Shown: piece after piece, positions 26,901 to 39,957 of the stretch | Position numbering within the stretch: position 1 is the stretch's first letter | How the letters are laid out: each line of letters opens with the position of its first letter | DNA from: Balanoglossus misakiensis | Taxonomy: Eukaryota; Animalia; Hemichordata | Length of the DNA stretch: 64,000 bases | NCBI GenBank assembly: GCA_040954595.2 | Contig: CM082579.2 | Span: 6,065,625 to 6,129,624, forward strand | Direction: 5' to 3' | The notes under the pieces: model-generated | Told to the model about the DNA's origin: nothing | Databases searched by the model: none | Seen by the model: only the letters and a program-made list of their open reading frames with translations | Position numbers and translations under genes: made by a program

Positions 26901-29900
26901 GTTGGGGCTTCCAACACGAAACTATGGATGTTGAAGTAACCTTCGACTCGTATTCAGCGGGACTCACCCAAGTTATTCATTTGCTGATCTCGTAGCGTGT
27001 GCAGATGCTGAAGTAAATTGTCCATCTGTTGTTTCTTTTCTTGAAGTGCCTGCAGCTTGTCCTGGAGTTCTTGGTGTTCACCTGCCATGGCTAAAAGCTG
27101 AGACTGCGGACAGGAAACGCATATACGACAGGGTGTTAGAAATCTTAAACACAAAACGGCACACTATATAGTGTACCCTCGGTATTTCTAGGTGTACACA
27201 CACACACACACATAGTACACAACACGAAAAGGTCTGCTGCATTAATCCACAGTACATTTTCCACTTTTCTAAAACACAAGCATTATGTAAATTTAGAAGT
27301 GACTGCAGTCCTATCAGCACTTACATCTCTTTCTCTCTCGTCAGCCGCTCTGGCCGATATGAGTTCCGCGGCCCTCTTCTCCCGGTCTTCGGCCAGCAGC
27401 TGCAGCAGGTTGAGCCGTCGCCTCTCCACGTCCAGATCCAGGCCAGGCTCTGGGAGGGAGGATTCAGACCGATCTGTTGTTGTGGTGGCAGTGGTTGTGG
27501 CGTCAGTTGTGGTGGATTGTTGTGAAGCTGTTTTTTGTGAGGAGGTTGGGTGGGAGGGGTGGTGGTGGTGAGAAATGATGCAGTGTTTTTATGTTTTAAA
27601 AAGCAACTACAGGTAAGTTAATTTAACATCTAGCACCCTCTATGTGCGGTAAAGTTATCAGAGAAAAGTCTTAGTGTTGTTTGCTCTATGTCTGGTATGT
27701 CACAGGTCTCAATCTGGTTCTTGGCATCACATAGCTTACACAGGTCATTGCGTCAGTTATGCTGTGCTTACATGTAAAATATGGTGAACAGTATGCCACA
27801 TTACGACTATGACCATTTACTTTTACCCTGTGAACCCTGACCCCTTGGGTCACCTGTGATGTCACTCGGAAGGGCAAGGTTCAAAGGGTAGCAAATGGCA
27901 CCACTAACTCAACTATGCAGTTAACTTGAATGAGTGAATAAGTGTATGAATGACTACATCATGCATGCATGAAATTCTTTTCATGTGTATCAGAAGTGTA
28001 ACTGTCAGCACATTTACAATGTAACTGATGTTGAAATTTTCAGTATAGTCAGAAAAAAATTCTTGGTTTGTGCCCAAATTTCTATTGCACTAGTATCTGT
28101 GCAAACAGATTTCCCCCAGAATAACTTGTTTTTGTTGTTGAAACTACATAGACGCGCACACACACCTGTGTCATCATCCCTGTCTGCCTCCCTCCGTCTG
28201 ACGTTGCTCTCTTTGTCCTGTGGTCTTTGACTGGCTGGTGGTGGATGCCTGACCATCTCTCGGCTTTCATCGCGTTCTCTCTCCGTGTCCTGAATCTGGC
28301 TCTCGATCTGGCTCTGCAGTTGCAACAGTGACTGCTGTCTGCCCTGTAAAGCTCTCAGCTGAGTACACGAGAGGAAATACAGAGAATTTATGATGTGGTA
28401 GCCACCAAGATTTAATACACACCTGATATCCTTTGACAAGAAACAATCCAGCAATATCCAATGTGTTGACACCATGTACCACTGGCAGATTACGGACCCC
28501 CTCAACAAATATTTCATCCCCATCCTATACACCAGTTTGTTTATGAACAAATTATAATACCACACAAGTCCAACAAAACACCCTTTGCTGATGCCATACC
28601 TCTTCTTGCTGTTTCACCATCTTCTTCAGCAGTTCATGTTGCTGACGGAGCCCTTCCAATTCCTCTTGCTGAGCGACTGGATCAATCTCGCCCTGTCGGA
28701 GAGAGGAAAGAAAATTAAGATTTCATAAGAGAAAAAAATAACATGATGAAGATGAGTCGCAAAAACGCCAGAAGTTATTTATTGATGGACTGCAAATGAC
28801 TGTCAAACAGACAAGATAGTGAAACATAAGCAGTTTTGGGTGATTCATGACAAAACAACCGTGACAGGTTATGTGTGTTGTTCAGCAGTTTACGCAAACT
28901 CACCAATTGTGCTGTTGTTAGAGTGGGGTATAAATTTTGTATGTTCCAAAGAAGTCCACCCAGCTGTTTGTTACGTATGTGTTGGGGGAGGGGGAGGGGA
29001 GTTAAATTATGTGTTGGGTGGGGGTTAAATTTGCTTTGTCCTGTACTAGTGGAACTGACATCTCGATCTGAATGTTCAGAATTGGTCCACCCTATTCGGG
29101 ACATTCAAACACTTGAGAAAGGGATAAGAATTTTTTATTTTCAAGGTGTGTACAACCTTAATATTGATTTGAATGGATGTGTGGTATCATACAGCCGAAT
29201 TTCAGATTTCTTTTGGAAAATTATTTCATAGCTCAACCGGACAATCAGCATTAGTGTTATCTTTGAAAAGTAAAATTGTGTGATCTCTGGTGATGGAACG
29301 CTCTGTGTGGAGATGATCATGTCATATGCCTCAGCCCTGTAACCCTCAATACCTGTTTTTTCCTGACGCAATGGTATTTGCAAGTGATGATTTTGCTGTG
29401 TCAACAAGAACTTCAATTCCTGGTACCAGTTTTTAATTTGCGGATGTGTGAGATGACAGCAGACACACAAATGCAATGTAAAGCGGGAAGTTGGGGGCAG
29501 TGAGAAAGTTAAACATCATGATGCATGATGAAAGTTGACTTTTTCGCCAGCAGTTTGTGAGAAGGTAAGTGAGAACATTGCTGTCGTGGTGGTGAGGCGG
29601 CAGTGACCCAAGACAGAAAGGCGACAGATCTAGTTAAAGACAGTGGGTAGGGTTTGAGCGACACACAACATACATGAACTACACCATGCCAAAAAATTGG
29701 TGAATAAAAATAAATCTAACACTACACACACAGAAATAAATAGACATACATGTGTATTTGTCCGTGGCTACCATCAAATGAACCCGCACACACACGCACA
29801 CAAAAAAGGGATAACAAGAAAGGCAGTGGGCCTTCGATGCAACAGGGGTGACTTTTGAGAAAGCGCACAATCTGACACACTGGCACAGAGAACAACTGTT

Positions 29901-32900
29901 GATTTGCCGACAAACATCATGCACATCCAATTTTTTCCTTTTCTCTGGTGATAAAAAAAAAACGACGACAAAAAAAACTTTCCCTCCACCTACCAGTGAT
30001 AAGGTAAACATTCTGATTTCATGTGAACTGGACATGCTTTGAGGGGGGGGGGTAAGTAAAGGTGGTGTGGGAGATATTTTCAAGCTGACATACAATTAAC
30101 ATGAGAAACATAGAGAACACAAAATAAGGAAAAGATGATAGATGTGCTGTTTGGACAAGCAAGATAGAACATGCAGCTTTTGGCATCTTTCCACCCATCT
30201 CCCCTCGAAATAGAGGGGAGGGAGATTAAGGTAACAGAAGATTCTGACTGTAAAAAAAAATAGAAGTCAAATCCCTCATCAAACACACATAAAAAAAGAC
30301 ATCCATAGCACAAATTACATTCTTGTCAACATCCAAGAAAAAACCCACAAGCATCAATCGTTTACAGGCTTCAGAGGAGAAGCAAGCATCTTGATCACCA
30401 AGAGTCGACAGGGGAATGAATTCATTTTTGTTTGTTTGTGTCATCTGTGTTTGTCAGAAGGTGCCAAGTTCAAGTTCACCCCTGGCAGCTTGTCAAGGCC
30501 ACAACAACAACAACGACACCACTGCCATCTTCTCAGTGTCTCTGTACCTCGTCACTCTCCGGGCTGACGTTGTCCACTCTGCTGCTCATGCTGCTGCAAC
30601 TGCTGCTACTGCTCTCCGACCTCAGGTTGGCGTTGACCGCGGCCACCAGCGTCTCGTCCAGACTCGTCTCGGGGGGCAGGTTCAGAAACGATCCCGGCCG
30701 GCTGGCGTACAGGTCGTCCACGCCCGCCGTCAGCGTGGACTCCGATGCCGGATTTCGGCCGTCGGTGTCCGAATCAGACGGGTAGTCCAGATCGTAACTA
30801 TAGTATCCCAAATGACTCTCAATCTTCGGCCTGCTCCTCGATGTGAACTCCCCTTCCTTTTGTGTGTGCAAAACAGCATTTTGGAAACGTGAAACACACC
30901 TGTTACTGAACCGTTACTGCCAAAGCCAGCTTAACGCAAGCATGGCCATCACTCAAAACAATGACACTGGAATCAAAGATTTGTCTGATTCACTATCTAG
31001 TCAATTCAACAGTCATTTGCATAGGAAAGCTGACAAAAAGACTGCGTCTAAGATGCCTTATAAATTCTAAAATGCACAATTTTGATCGGATTGATACATT
31101 TACACAAATATGTTATGAAATTAGTATGATTTGATGAAGTTCAGACTTACTGTTGTAGCTTCGGACACATCCGACTGTGCATCTATGTTGATGGAAGCAC
31201 TTTCAGCCAAGGAGGTGGTGTTCGACTCCCCAGAATTGTTCTCTTGGTTCGGTTGGGCAGCCAGCAAACCAGGGTCGTCGGTCTGCAACAGAAGACCATC
31301 ATATTTTTTATTTGCTTGAAATCCCAAAGCGTTATCATTAACAGGCGGTAAGCATGTAAATGTTATTGAGGATTCACAGTCATTTTGCCGAGATGACCCT
31401 CTTGTGAAGGCCAAGTAATTTGGTGTGAACTATCTGATATTGACAACAATGCAGTATATTCCTAATATGACATCAGGCATTTCTTGTCCTGGTTAAAATC
31501 AGGAACTCCTTTGCACAAAATTGAAATACAATTTAGTTACGCTGTGGTTTCAATTTTGTCACCACAGAATGGAATTTGAAACTTCCTTGCGATCGTTCCC
31601 ACCACAAGCTTTGATCCTATTTTCCTGACCTATGTACAGGAACTTGTGGCAAATGGGTTAAACATGCAGGCCTAGATTAGAACCTTTTTTTTAATGTGTT
31701 ATATTTGTGGGTATGAGATGTACAATGAGTTATATACCCACCAACATTCTCTGTAAGAGCCCCATGTATCCCTTCTCTTGGTCTCTGAGATGGTCTATCA
31801 GCCGTTCGAGTTTCCTTATTTGGTCCGTGTTGGTGGCTCTGTCGCTGGAGTTCTGTAGATTACTCAGCATGGCACTAGCCTGCTTCTGGTAGTCCTACAA
31901 TACAAGTATTAAACGTCTTTAGTGAGTGCAAGAACTTGGAGGATATTTTACACTAATTTGGTATATTAACTGAGTGGTGTACGTTTGCTGTTAAATTGAT
32001 GCACAACATATTGATTTTTCTGATGGTGAGCACATTCTCCTATTTTTTCTTTCATTTTTCCAGGCGACTCCATTCTAACTTTCACTAAACAGCGAGCTTT
32101 TCACCACCATAGTTTGTATTATTTTTATGTGTGAAAGCACTGCACAGTTCATGAAAGACGGGTACTGCAAGTTACACAAAACCTGACATTCCCCTTGGAA
32201 CTACTTACCCTTATTTGCATAAGTCTTGCAACAATTTGGTTTCTATCAGGCTGCACGAAAAAAAAAGAACACAGAAATGATTAATTGAAACAAATACTTA
32301 AAACTTAACTTCTTGTCCTTGTAACACTTTGATTTTTAAATTTTATTTTATTCTCATGACATTTTGTTGTTCCTGTTGCAGGAGGTAAACAAACAGCGAG
32401 CAGTAAACAAGTAAAGGTGGGTGTTTACATACCACATCCAGATCATTCAGCAGATTGCTTTCCTGTGCTTGTAGCGGCTGCAGTAATCTTTGCCGTCTCA
32501 CTTCTCTCTCGTTGTTGGCTGCTGCCTGGGCACCTTCTGCATCAGTGCTTTGCTGCAAAAAACAACAACAACACCACAACAATGAGTACAAGATGAGATT
32601 CAGTTCTATGTTCCGTAGTGGGTGATACCATGTTGTGTCTATGACTCCCTTAGGTATAACAGCACTTTTTTCACACCTCAATATTGTCAATTTATGGGAG
32701 AGGGTTTGAGGTCAAACGCAATCAGTTGTGTGTGTCACGCGCGTGTTTTTAAATTACCACTACTTACATCATCTGTTTCACTGAATGTTAACCTCTGCTT
32801 GAGAGACTCGATGGCCGAACGCTCTGCGGCCGTTGTGACGGAACTAAACTGCGTTCTCGGATATGTAGCGGGGGTGTGATGCCTCAGTGAACTGCTGGCG

Positions 32901-33405
32901 GGCGGAGACTCGGCACTGAGTGGGACTTCTCTGTCTCGGTTTGGCTCTTTCTTTTTCTTCTCCCTTCTGCTGGCTGCCGAAGACTCCGTGCTCTGAGAGA
33001 TTTCCCGGTCTCGATCCCGGTTTGGTTCTTTCTTCTTCTTCTCCTTTCTCAGCTGATTTGCAAAAGTGGAGCTTGGACGCCAGTCAGCCTGAAAGTGAAA
33101 GGAAAGTCACTTTTTTGTCAAGATAGGCATACAAAGACATTAAATATTACCAGTATTTCTCAATGACTTTGCCTTAGTCTGCTGACACTGGCCATTACAT
33201 CCTCCTTTGTCAAAGATGATTTTCATATTTGGTAGTATGATTGGACAGCCTGAATGCAGACACTCACAAGATTGTTGAGACGGTCATCAAACAAGTCGTT
33301 CCAGTTCAGCAGTTGGTCTTCATCTGCAGGGTTACTTCTGTAGAGAGGCCGCCGCCTGGGTTCAGATGCACTGCCCTTCGTTGCTTTTGTGACACCAGTT
33401 GCCAT
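14970..33405 (-). CDS. PCM1: Pericentriolar material 1 (centriolar satellite scaffold), roughly 30 or more exons
   Basis: N-terminus MATG...DQLLNWNDLFDDRLNNL (33268-33405); LKQRLTFSETDD (32768-33088); QIVARLMQIR (32209-32250); LRALQGRQ; LQEKKQQMDNLLQHLHTLRDQ; large exon 21897-22656; FEALRENIYSEVATLISQNETRPHYLIELF (20725-20962); DLGNTVIHLDKAMQ|RMREYERMK; IDTGQLDRQIKNIMQEVIPYLKEH (18065-18303); ECGEDLLVDISEILFNELAFFRLMQDLD (PCM1 C-terminal domain); last exons 15178-15598 and 14970-14986 (DTESE*). Not all internal exons were delimited. Confidence 0.93.
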
Positions 33406-36061
33406 TGTACTTCTACAGGATAAAAAACAACAACAACACATGAACAAATCAAGCCGATAAGCAGGGTACTTTTCACGGGTATACAATGAAGGTTTACACA
33501 ACAGTAGAAGTCTCCTGTTTTGTGAGTACAAATGTACAAAAGTTCTGGTGTGGTCATCGCTGCTGTGTATGCTCGCATACATATAGATACAGACCTATAT
33601 GTACACTTGCTACTTTTTGTGTAAAGACATCACGTTCATGGTCAGTACAAGTAAACACATGAAGCCTGTTCCTTGCTGAGAACTGATAACATTTACCTTG
33701 CATTTACACATGTATGTGACTACACATAAAATTCATCAAGACAACACCACACAGTGACACTGTCTGATTACTTTGGCAGTGTAAAAATGTCCAGCAAATT
33801 TCAATTCACTGGAATCAAACCAGCGAATTCTGCATGCAGAGACTGACGTGACCTGGTAGTGAATACACTACATCATGTAAGGGCAAATCTGTACATGTGT
33901 GTTGTTAGTATCAATAGAGACTTCTGCTTCAAGGACACCCAATTTATATGCAAATTTTACACCCCCTTCTAGGAGGAGAGAAAATATAGCAATTTCTACA
34001 TGTATTGTAACAACTGTTATATGATAATTTCTATACAGGAAGCAATATTGACCTGATTCCACCATGTTGCCATGCCATTTTGATAAAACAGTACGCCTGA
34101 CCTCAACATCACGAACTAACCTATGCAGCATGTGGTCGTGCACATGTTGAAACCATACAATACCTGGCCAGGGTAAATAAAATATGTATATGTACCATGA
34201 GTCATCCCGCCATGCTTGCTGTCATCACACTCATAAACAACTATTTATAAATGCACCAGATTTAGTCAAACACCCAGCTGTTCATGGATAAATGAACTGA
34301 TTTACCTCTGCACAGCACCAATCATGGTGAAGTGATCGGGGTTCGTGAAATCTGTCACTCACTGAAGAATGCTATACGTATTTAGCACTGCACACGGCAG
34401 CTTGCAGTGTAGACATCTGAGCTGAGATAGTACAACTATGAAATGGCTCAGTCAGCGATGATGTCAGTCAGAGTAAGACGCAATAGTCACAAAGTCAACA
34501 ACAAGCAACAACTGGTCTGGGCATGTCATTCTCCTACACGCAACCCAGCTGAACGTCCATAAAGTCACCGTCCAGCATGTATCTACATGAAATCACATTA
34601 TGCACATATTTTTCCCCCAGTGAAAATGTACAGGTTCCCATCACTAATGTCCCACATTTATTTTCTAATCCAGTGACAGATATTTATGACAGTATAGTGC
34701 ATTCGACTATACTGTCACACCTGCCAATGTTATGAATAAAACATGATTTGCCTATTTATACTCGCTCTCCGACTACTCCACAAATGTTTATTATTAACAT
34801 AAAATACTTAAGAAATACCAAACATATTAAAATGATTGGCAGTCTATTGGTAATGAAAACTGATACTGATAACCAGTCAAAATGTATTTATATGTAAAGC
34901 TACAGGTTCAATACTGATTTTGATAACTATTATATTAACAAACCATAGCAATATTTGCCATGTTTTATCGATTTGTAATCTGTATTGTTTATCAATTAAT
35001 TAAATGCTTACATTTAGTTTTACCCTCCAATATAAGCAAGTTTCAATACTATTTATTTTGCATCGTTGGGTAAATAATTGTATTATTCATATTATAAATA
35101 TTAATATGAAAGTTGTTACATCAACTAAATATCTATGTGATGACAATGTTTGAAATTGACAATGAGTATGATCAATTAATCATCAAACAAATATTTTTGT
35201 TCAGAAGGCGTTATGCATTCCGCACATTGATTGAGGTGTGTGTGTTATGCATGCTTTATTATAAAGCAAGTTGAAACAAGAAAAAGTTGTCTGCAGCTCT
35301 GTGCAAATCATGAGGCTAAAAAATGTAAAGAAGCCAAAATGGTGTAGAAGAACCAAGAGTTTTATTAGAGGCGCCATGTGCCAAATACATGTCGATATAC
35401 TGTAGTAAGAATTGCCATCATAAAAAGCGGCTGCACGTGGAGGTTGGAACGAGGAAACACTATAAAAATAGTATGAAGTATGTTTCATTACGCGTAGCCG
35501 ATCCATACGTACGTAGTTGAATCTGGTTTCCAGTTGTCATACTGGACGGAAATTTGATTGCTTTCGTCCGATCCTTTCATTGCTAAGGCGTTCTGTTTAT
35601 AGCAACCGATTCTCAATCGATAATAATATCATATCATAAATTGAATTACAACAGTATTTGCATAAGCGCTAATTGTGTTTGGAAGCGAGCTGTCAAGTGT
35701 CAGAATGCGCTAATGACATGTCGTTTGCAGCAACTGCTAAGTTTTAATCATAATGTACGGCGTTTGAATTTCCTGAATCTGCTATGCAACTACCTCAGTT
35801 AAATTAAGTAACGAACAGTATTCTATTTGACTTGTCCATTTTAAAACTCGCGTCACCCTGTCGCGTTACACACAAACATCGGTAGATTGCTTGTAAGTTC
35901 AGGGAAGTATATTAGTCGATCCAAAAGATGGCGCTAAACTCGTGCAAAGCTTTGGCTTCCCACAGCCATGACAACCAAGTCACCTGGCGGGGTAAAATTT
36001 TGCAGTAAAACTATTTTGACCTTTCCTTACATCTTACAACAAACGAGAACGATAAACATAC

Positions 36062-36580
36062 CTTATCGTGCAATCCACAAGAACAACTTCAAGACCTCTG
36101 ACTTTCTTACTTCAGTAAATGATCACTGCGACGCTGTATCGCAAAAATGCAAAGACATGGCAGCCATCTTGAACTACCTGGTGTTTTGCGGAAGAATATA
36201 TAACACCATTGAAGTAGTGAGACTAAAACAATTTTTATACAAGCACAAGAAGTCCAAAACGAAGAACGACCATGTTTACAATCAAATGCAACAATTGAAA
36301 AGACTTTATTATATACGTTGTGGGGAAAATGCTTCTGTGAGTTTCAAAGCAGAATATCAAATTTGTTATGCTCTATATTTTGTCGGACGGTTATACCTCA
36401 ACCGAGGTGCAAACAAACCTGTGGCGCGCATTTATATATTCTCATTGCTGATTGGTTGCATGTCCCAATGCATTCTGGATATTCAGGAAGTGAATACAAG
36501 GTCTGCTGTGATGATGTTGTGCCGGTGATGAGGTGAGAGATGATCATCTATCTATTATTACGATTTGTGAAGCACAGGTA
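36062..36580. promoter_or_regulatory. Putative bidirectional promoter and non-coding first exons of PCM1 (-) and TRAPPC2 (+)
   Basis: Minus-strand donor AAG|GTATGT at 36061 downstream of a YY1-like AAGATGGCTGCC (about 36159-36170). Plus-strand donors at about 36533 and 36578 lie upstream of the TRAPPC2 acceptor at 37074. GATTGG (CCAAT) and CAGGAAGTG (ETS-like) motifs at about 36450-36492. Confidence 0.55.
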
Positions 36581-36782
36581 ATAATTGTTGCAGTCAACTG
36601 TAGATTCAAGCAATTGACACGAAATGAGATTTCAGAATGTCATTTACTGTCACTCTAGCCGTGCTAACGGTAACATTGCAGTCGATCTAAGTACAGTGAC
36701 CATATCGTCTTTCGTATAACTATCATTTTCCAAGCAACGCGGACATTTATCAGTATCACATTCACTCATGATCAGTGTGTAC

Positions 36783-36862
36783 CAGAGGCGTCGGAATCAC
36801 AATGACTGTGATCTCTGGAGGTTGAACCAAGTGATCACAGCAGTGTGATCCCGACGTCTTTG
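36783..36862. mobile_element. About 80-bp foldback (MITE-like) element in TRAPPC2 intron 1
   Basis: Left arm CAGAGGCGTCGGAATCACAATGACTGTGATC versus reverse complement of right arm CAAAGACGTCGGGATCACACTGCTGTGATC; flanks gtgtgtac and acttgtac resemble a decayed 8-bp TSD. Confidence 0.5.
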
Positions 36863-37156
36863 ACTTGTACATGTAATAATAGTCCAAGTCGATCGACACG
36901 TAAGATATGATACGAAAGGGGTGTGTACCAATGCTTGGCACTCATCTCATTACTGCGGCCAACGTTCACGCATCATTGTATTTCCCTGGCTCATATGATA
37001 TGCACGCACCCGTCTCCGATTGATCCAAATTTACTGTGCATGCTCACTCACCAAATGTTTTGGTCTCTCCACAGATAAATATTAATTGGTACCAGTGAAA
37101 GGAAATGCCATAGTCATAGAAATAGAATAAACTTGAAAGTCAGGAGAAATTGAATC

Positions 37157-38350
37157 ATGTCGGGGAACTATTATTTTGCCATAGTTGGCCATCATGACAA
37201 CCCAGTCTTTGAACTGGAACATACATCACAATCCAAGGGAGTCGATGCAAAGGTAAGAAACTTTTACGTGGGCAGAAATGACGTATCAATTATGACTCCA
37301 GTGGCAGACAATGCAGGTATCACTCAATTCAATTGTTATTATCCACTACCCTTACTTTGCCATGTAATCAAAACTCAACGAGAGTGGAAAACAATTAACA
37401 ATTGGTCCTTGTCTTGCATTTGTTGTTCCCCAGAAAGATGACCACAGACATTTGAACCAGTTTATTTCACATGCTGCGTTGGATCTCGTAGATGAACATA
37501 TGTGGACTACAAATAACATGTGAGTATACTGGTGCTATTAAGTGTGGTTGATTGAAAACAAAAAATTGTGTTGAAAGGAAAATAATGCCCCGGAGAATAC
37601 ATTTTCTTACTCACGTTTGAGAGAATTCTAGAGTGGACTGTTATCCTAAAAACAGTTCTATTTATACCTGACAAATATATTATTTTGATGTTTTTTGCCT
37701 TCCAGGTATTTGAAGACTGTTGACAAATTTAATGAATGGTTTGTGTCAGCGTTCGTCACTGCTGGTCATATCCTTTCCACCACTGATAGTAATTACTAAT
37801 ACAGAATTTTTATGAAGGCGAGGAGTAAGGCAATGCTGTCTGACTGAGAGTAGTTTGTGTACAACTGTTCGTGGAAGTTGTGTGGTAGAATTTCAGATCA
37901 AGTTTGATGTCATGAAGTGAGAGATTATTTCCTTAATGATAAATACGTATGCGATTCATGATGCTGCATGATGCGAAAAATGAAGATGGGATTAAAAACT
38001 TCTTTCAGGAAGTCTACGAACTCTATGTTAAGGTAGGGTATGCTCTTTTACAGGGCGATGAATAGTAAGTTTTTTTATTAAATATTTGCTTTGGAAAAAT
38101 CATATGGCTATTCCCACTGTGTTGTAGTGGGTGGTGGTATTTTCAATATTCAAAGTTGCAGACTCGAGTACAAGTTATCAGATAGCTCTGTCATTTTACG
38201 CAATCACAGTGTCATGTGACTAGTTATCGATCCTGTTTTGTTTTGTTTCAGAATGCAATGAATCCTTTCTACGAACCAAACTCTTCAATCAAGTCTGCTG
38301 CGTTCGAACGGAAGGCACAGTTCTACGCCAGAAAGTACTTGACTGGATAA
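37157..38350 (+). CDS. TRAPPC2: Trafficking protein particle complex subunit 2 (sedlin); exons 37157-37252, 37434-37519, 37706-37767, 37947-38032, 38252-38350; 142 aa
   Basis: [19 protein letters not shown]...[57 protein letters not shown]...[29 protein letters not shown]. All junctions keep frame; AATAAA at 38923-38928. Confidence 0.96.
37768..37946 (+). other. U12-type (minor spliceosome) AT-AC intron in TRAPPC2
   Basis: 5' splice site ATATCCTTT at 37768, branch point TTCCTTAAT at 37929-37937, terminal AC at 37945-37946. Removal restores the TAG-R-MRF frame. Confidence 0.93.
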
Positions 38351-39485
38351 ATGAGGAAAGACACTCTGAAAAACTGATTCATGATTCCAGTGTCAGTCTT
38401 TTGAAGCAAATTATTGACTTTGTAGTACATGTACACAGCCAAGGAGTGCGGTCAGTGAAGGAGTTGAACCCGTACGAGGATCCCTTTTAAACAAAACACG
38501 GCGTTCTTCAGAAAGAGATTCTTTGAGCAGTCACTCGCATCATGATTGCAGAGCTGATGTACGTGACATCAAAGGGGATCCAAACGAGTTATTTATTGTT
38601 CACCCTTTTATGGTGTAATTTTATGTGAAACTGGGTAGCGGTGCTGAAAAATGACCCGGAATCAGCAAAGGACACGGATGAGCATTTGTTTGGTTGGCTT
38701 CTGATTGGCTGATGACGTCCCTGTTAGATTTGAACTGTCCAATAAGAATCATGATCTGTAAAAGCATAAATGTTGTTGGTTGTTGTGGAGAGATGATTTG
38801 CAAAGACGAGTTTACTGTCTCCATTTGTTTTTGCGTACAGCTGAATTCACTTTGTTCCATTAGCAGAATGAAGGAAGTTATTTCTCAAATGTTTGTCTAT
38901 GTAGCTACTTTTTCCAAGGTCAAATAAAAGCATGTCTCTCAGTGTGACTTACACCCAGACGTTTGTTTTCCTTGGGGGAATGATTTCAAATATTAAGTTG
39001 ACGAGATGCGTGGAACACAACAGAAACATTACTGACACTTGGCATGAAGACAACATATAGCAAAATAGCGCCCTCACCAGCTGTAAGCACAAAAACTTTC
39101 ATTCATAATTTAGCGTCAACCTGGTTACCGGGGTAGCTGTAGACAGCTTTCACATCAATAGATAGTGATTGATCTGATCGAAGTCGCGTGTCCAAAAGAG
39201 AAATCTTGTCTCAGTCTGACTGTATTTTTTGTAGGTCAGAAATAAGTTCGTCGTTCGAGGCTGTCACGAAAGTTATAGGAAGCTCCTCAAATGACGCAAA
39301 CCTTTGCATTTTTTCCATCTGTGCATTCGGTAATGTTATATCCACCAGGCACTGAATTTCCCCGACTGTAGCGGCATTCTCTTCACAAAGACAGACGAAC
39401 GCAAATTGTGCTGTGTGTTATATCCAATCACACGTATAATTGCCTCCTGTGGGTCCACACGGGTCTGCCTTGATTTCACCTCATG

Positions 39486-39587
39486 GGCAATGTGATTAAA
39501 ATCAGATGTGTAAGTTACGGCGATGTATTTTACTTACGCAAGTAAAAGACGTCGCCGTACCCTACATCTGATATTAATCAGATTGCC
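39486..39587. repeat. About 100-bp near-perfect inverted repeat (foldback)
   Basis: GGCAATGTGATTAAAATCAGATGT...TACGGCGATGTATTTTACTT, loop ACGC, AAGTAAAAGACGTCGCCGTA...ACATCTGATATTAATCAGATTGCC. Confidence 0.85.
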
Positions 39588-39842
39588 TCAGGGGCTCAGG
39601 AAAGTCAGTCGACGCGCTGGTTCAGCCATCCTCCCAGTAGAGTGAGCGCACGACAATGCGACAAAGTTACAGCTATCCGACCACCATATCAAGCAATAAA
39701 AACTTTCTAATTTACACATTCATGTCTTTTTTATCGCGGAAAAAAAGATTTATGATTCTGGGCAGTGACAGTATATATAACAGTTATAGAGTTGGCTTGA
39801 TCTTTACATTTGTTGGTGCCCCAGACTGCTTCAAGTCTCTGT

Positions 39843-39957
39843 CTCGCGACTGAACCCCCTCGAGTCACTCAATACTGAAAAAAAAACGTTTGTATGGTTT
39901 TTATTTAGAATTACAAAAAAACACGCAGATAAGCCATTCGAGAATACGTGATTTTTT
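39843..39957 (+). repeat. 115-bp near-identical copy of 41038-41153, flanked by a 16-bp direct repeat
   Basis: ctcgcgactgaaccccctcgagtcactcaatactg...gagaatacgtgatttttt occurs twice, differing only in homopolymer lengths. TGCTTCAAGTCTCTGT at 39827-39842 and 39957-39972 flanks this copy only. Confidence 0.9.

Noticed and set aside
34687-34717. Perfect 12-bp hairpin TGACAGTATAGT...ACTATACTGTCA in PCM1 intron 1
   Set aside because: Too short for an RNA gene and no TSD seen; no supportable function.
35968-36528. 186-aa ORF in the PCM1/TRAPPC2 promoter region
   Set aside because: No recognisable domain; spans the putative bidirectional promoter and UTR exons; probably a chance ORF.
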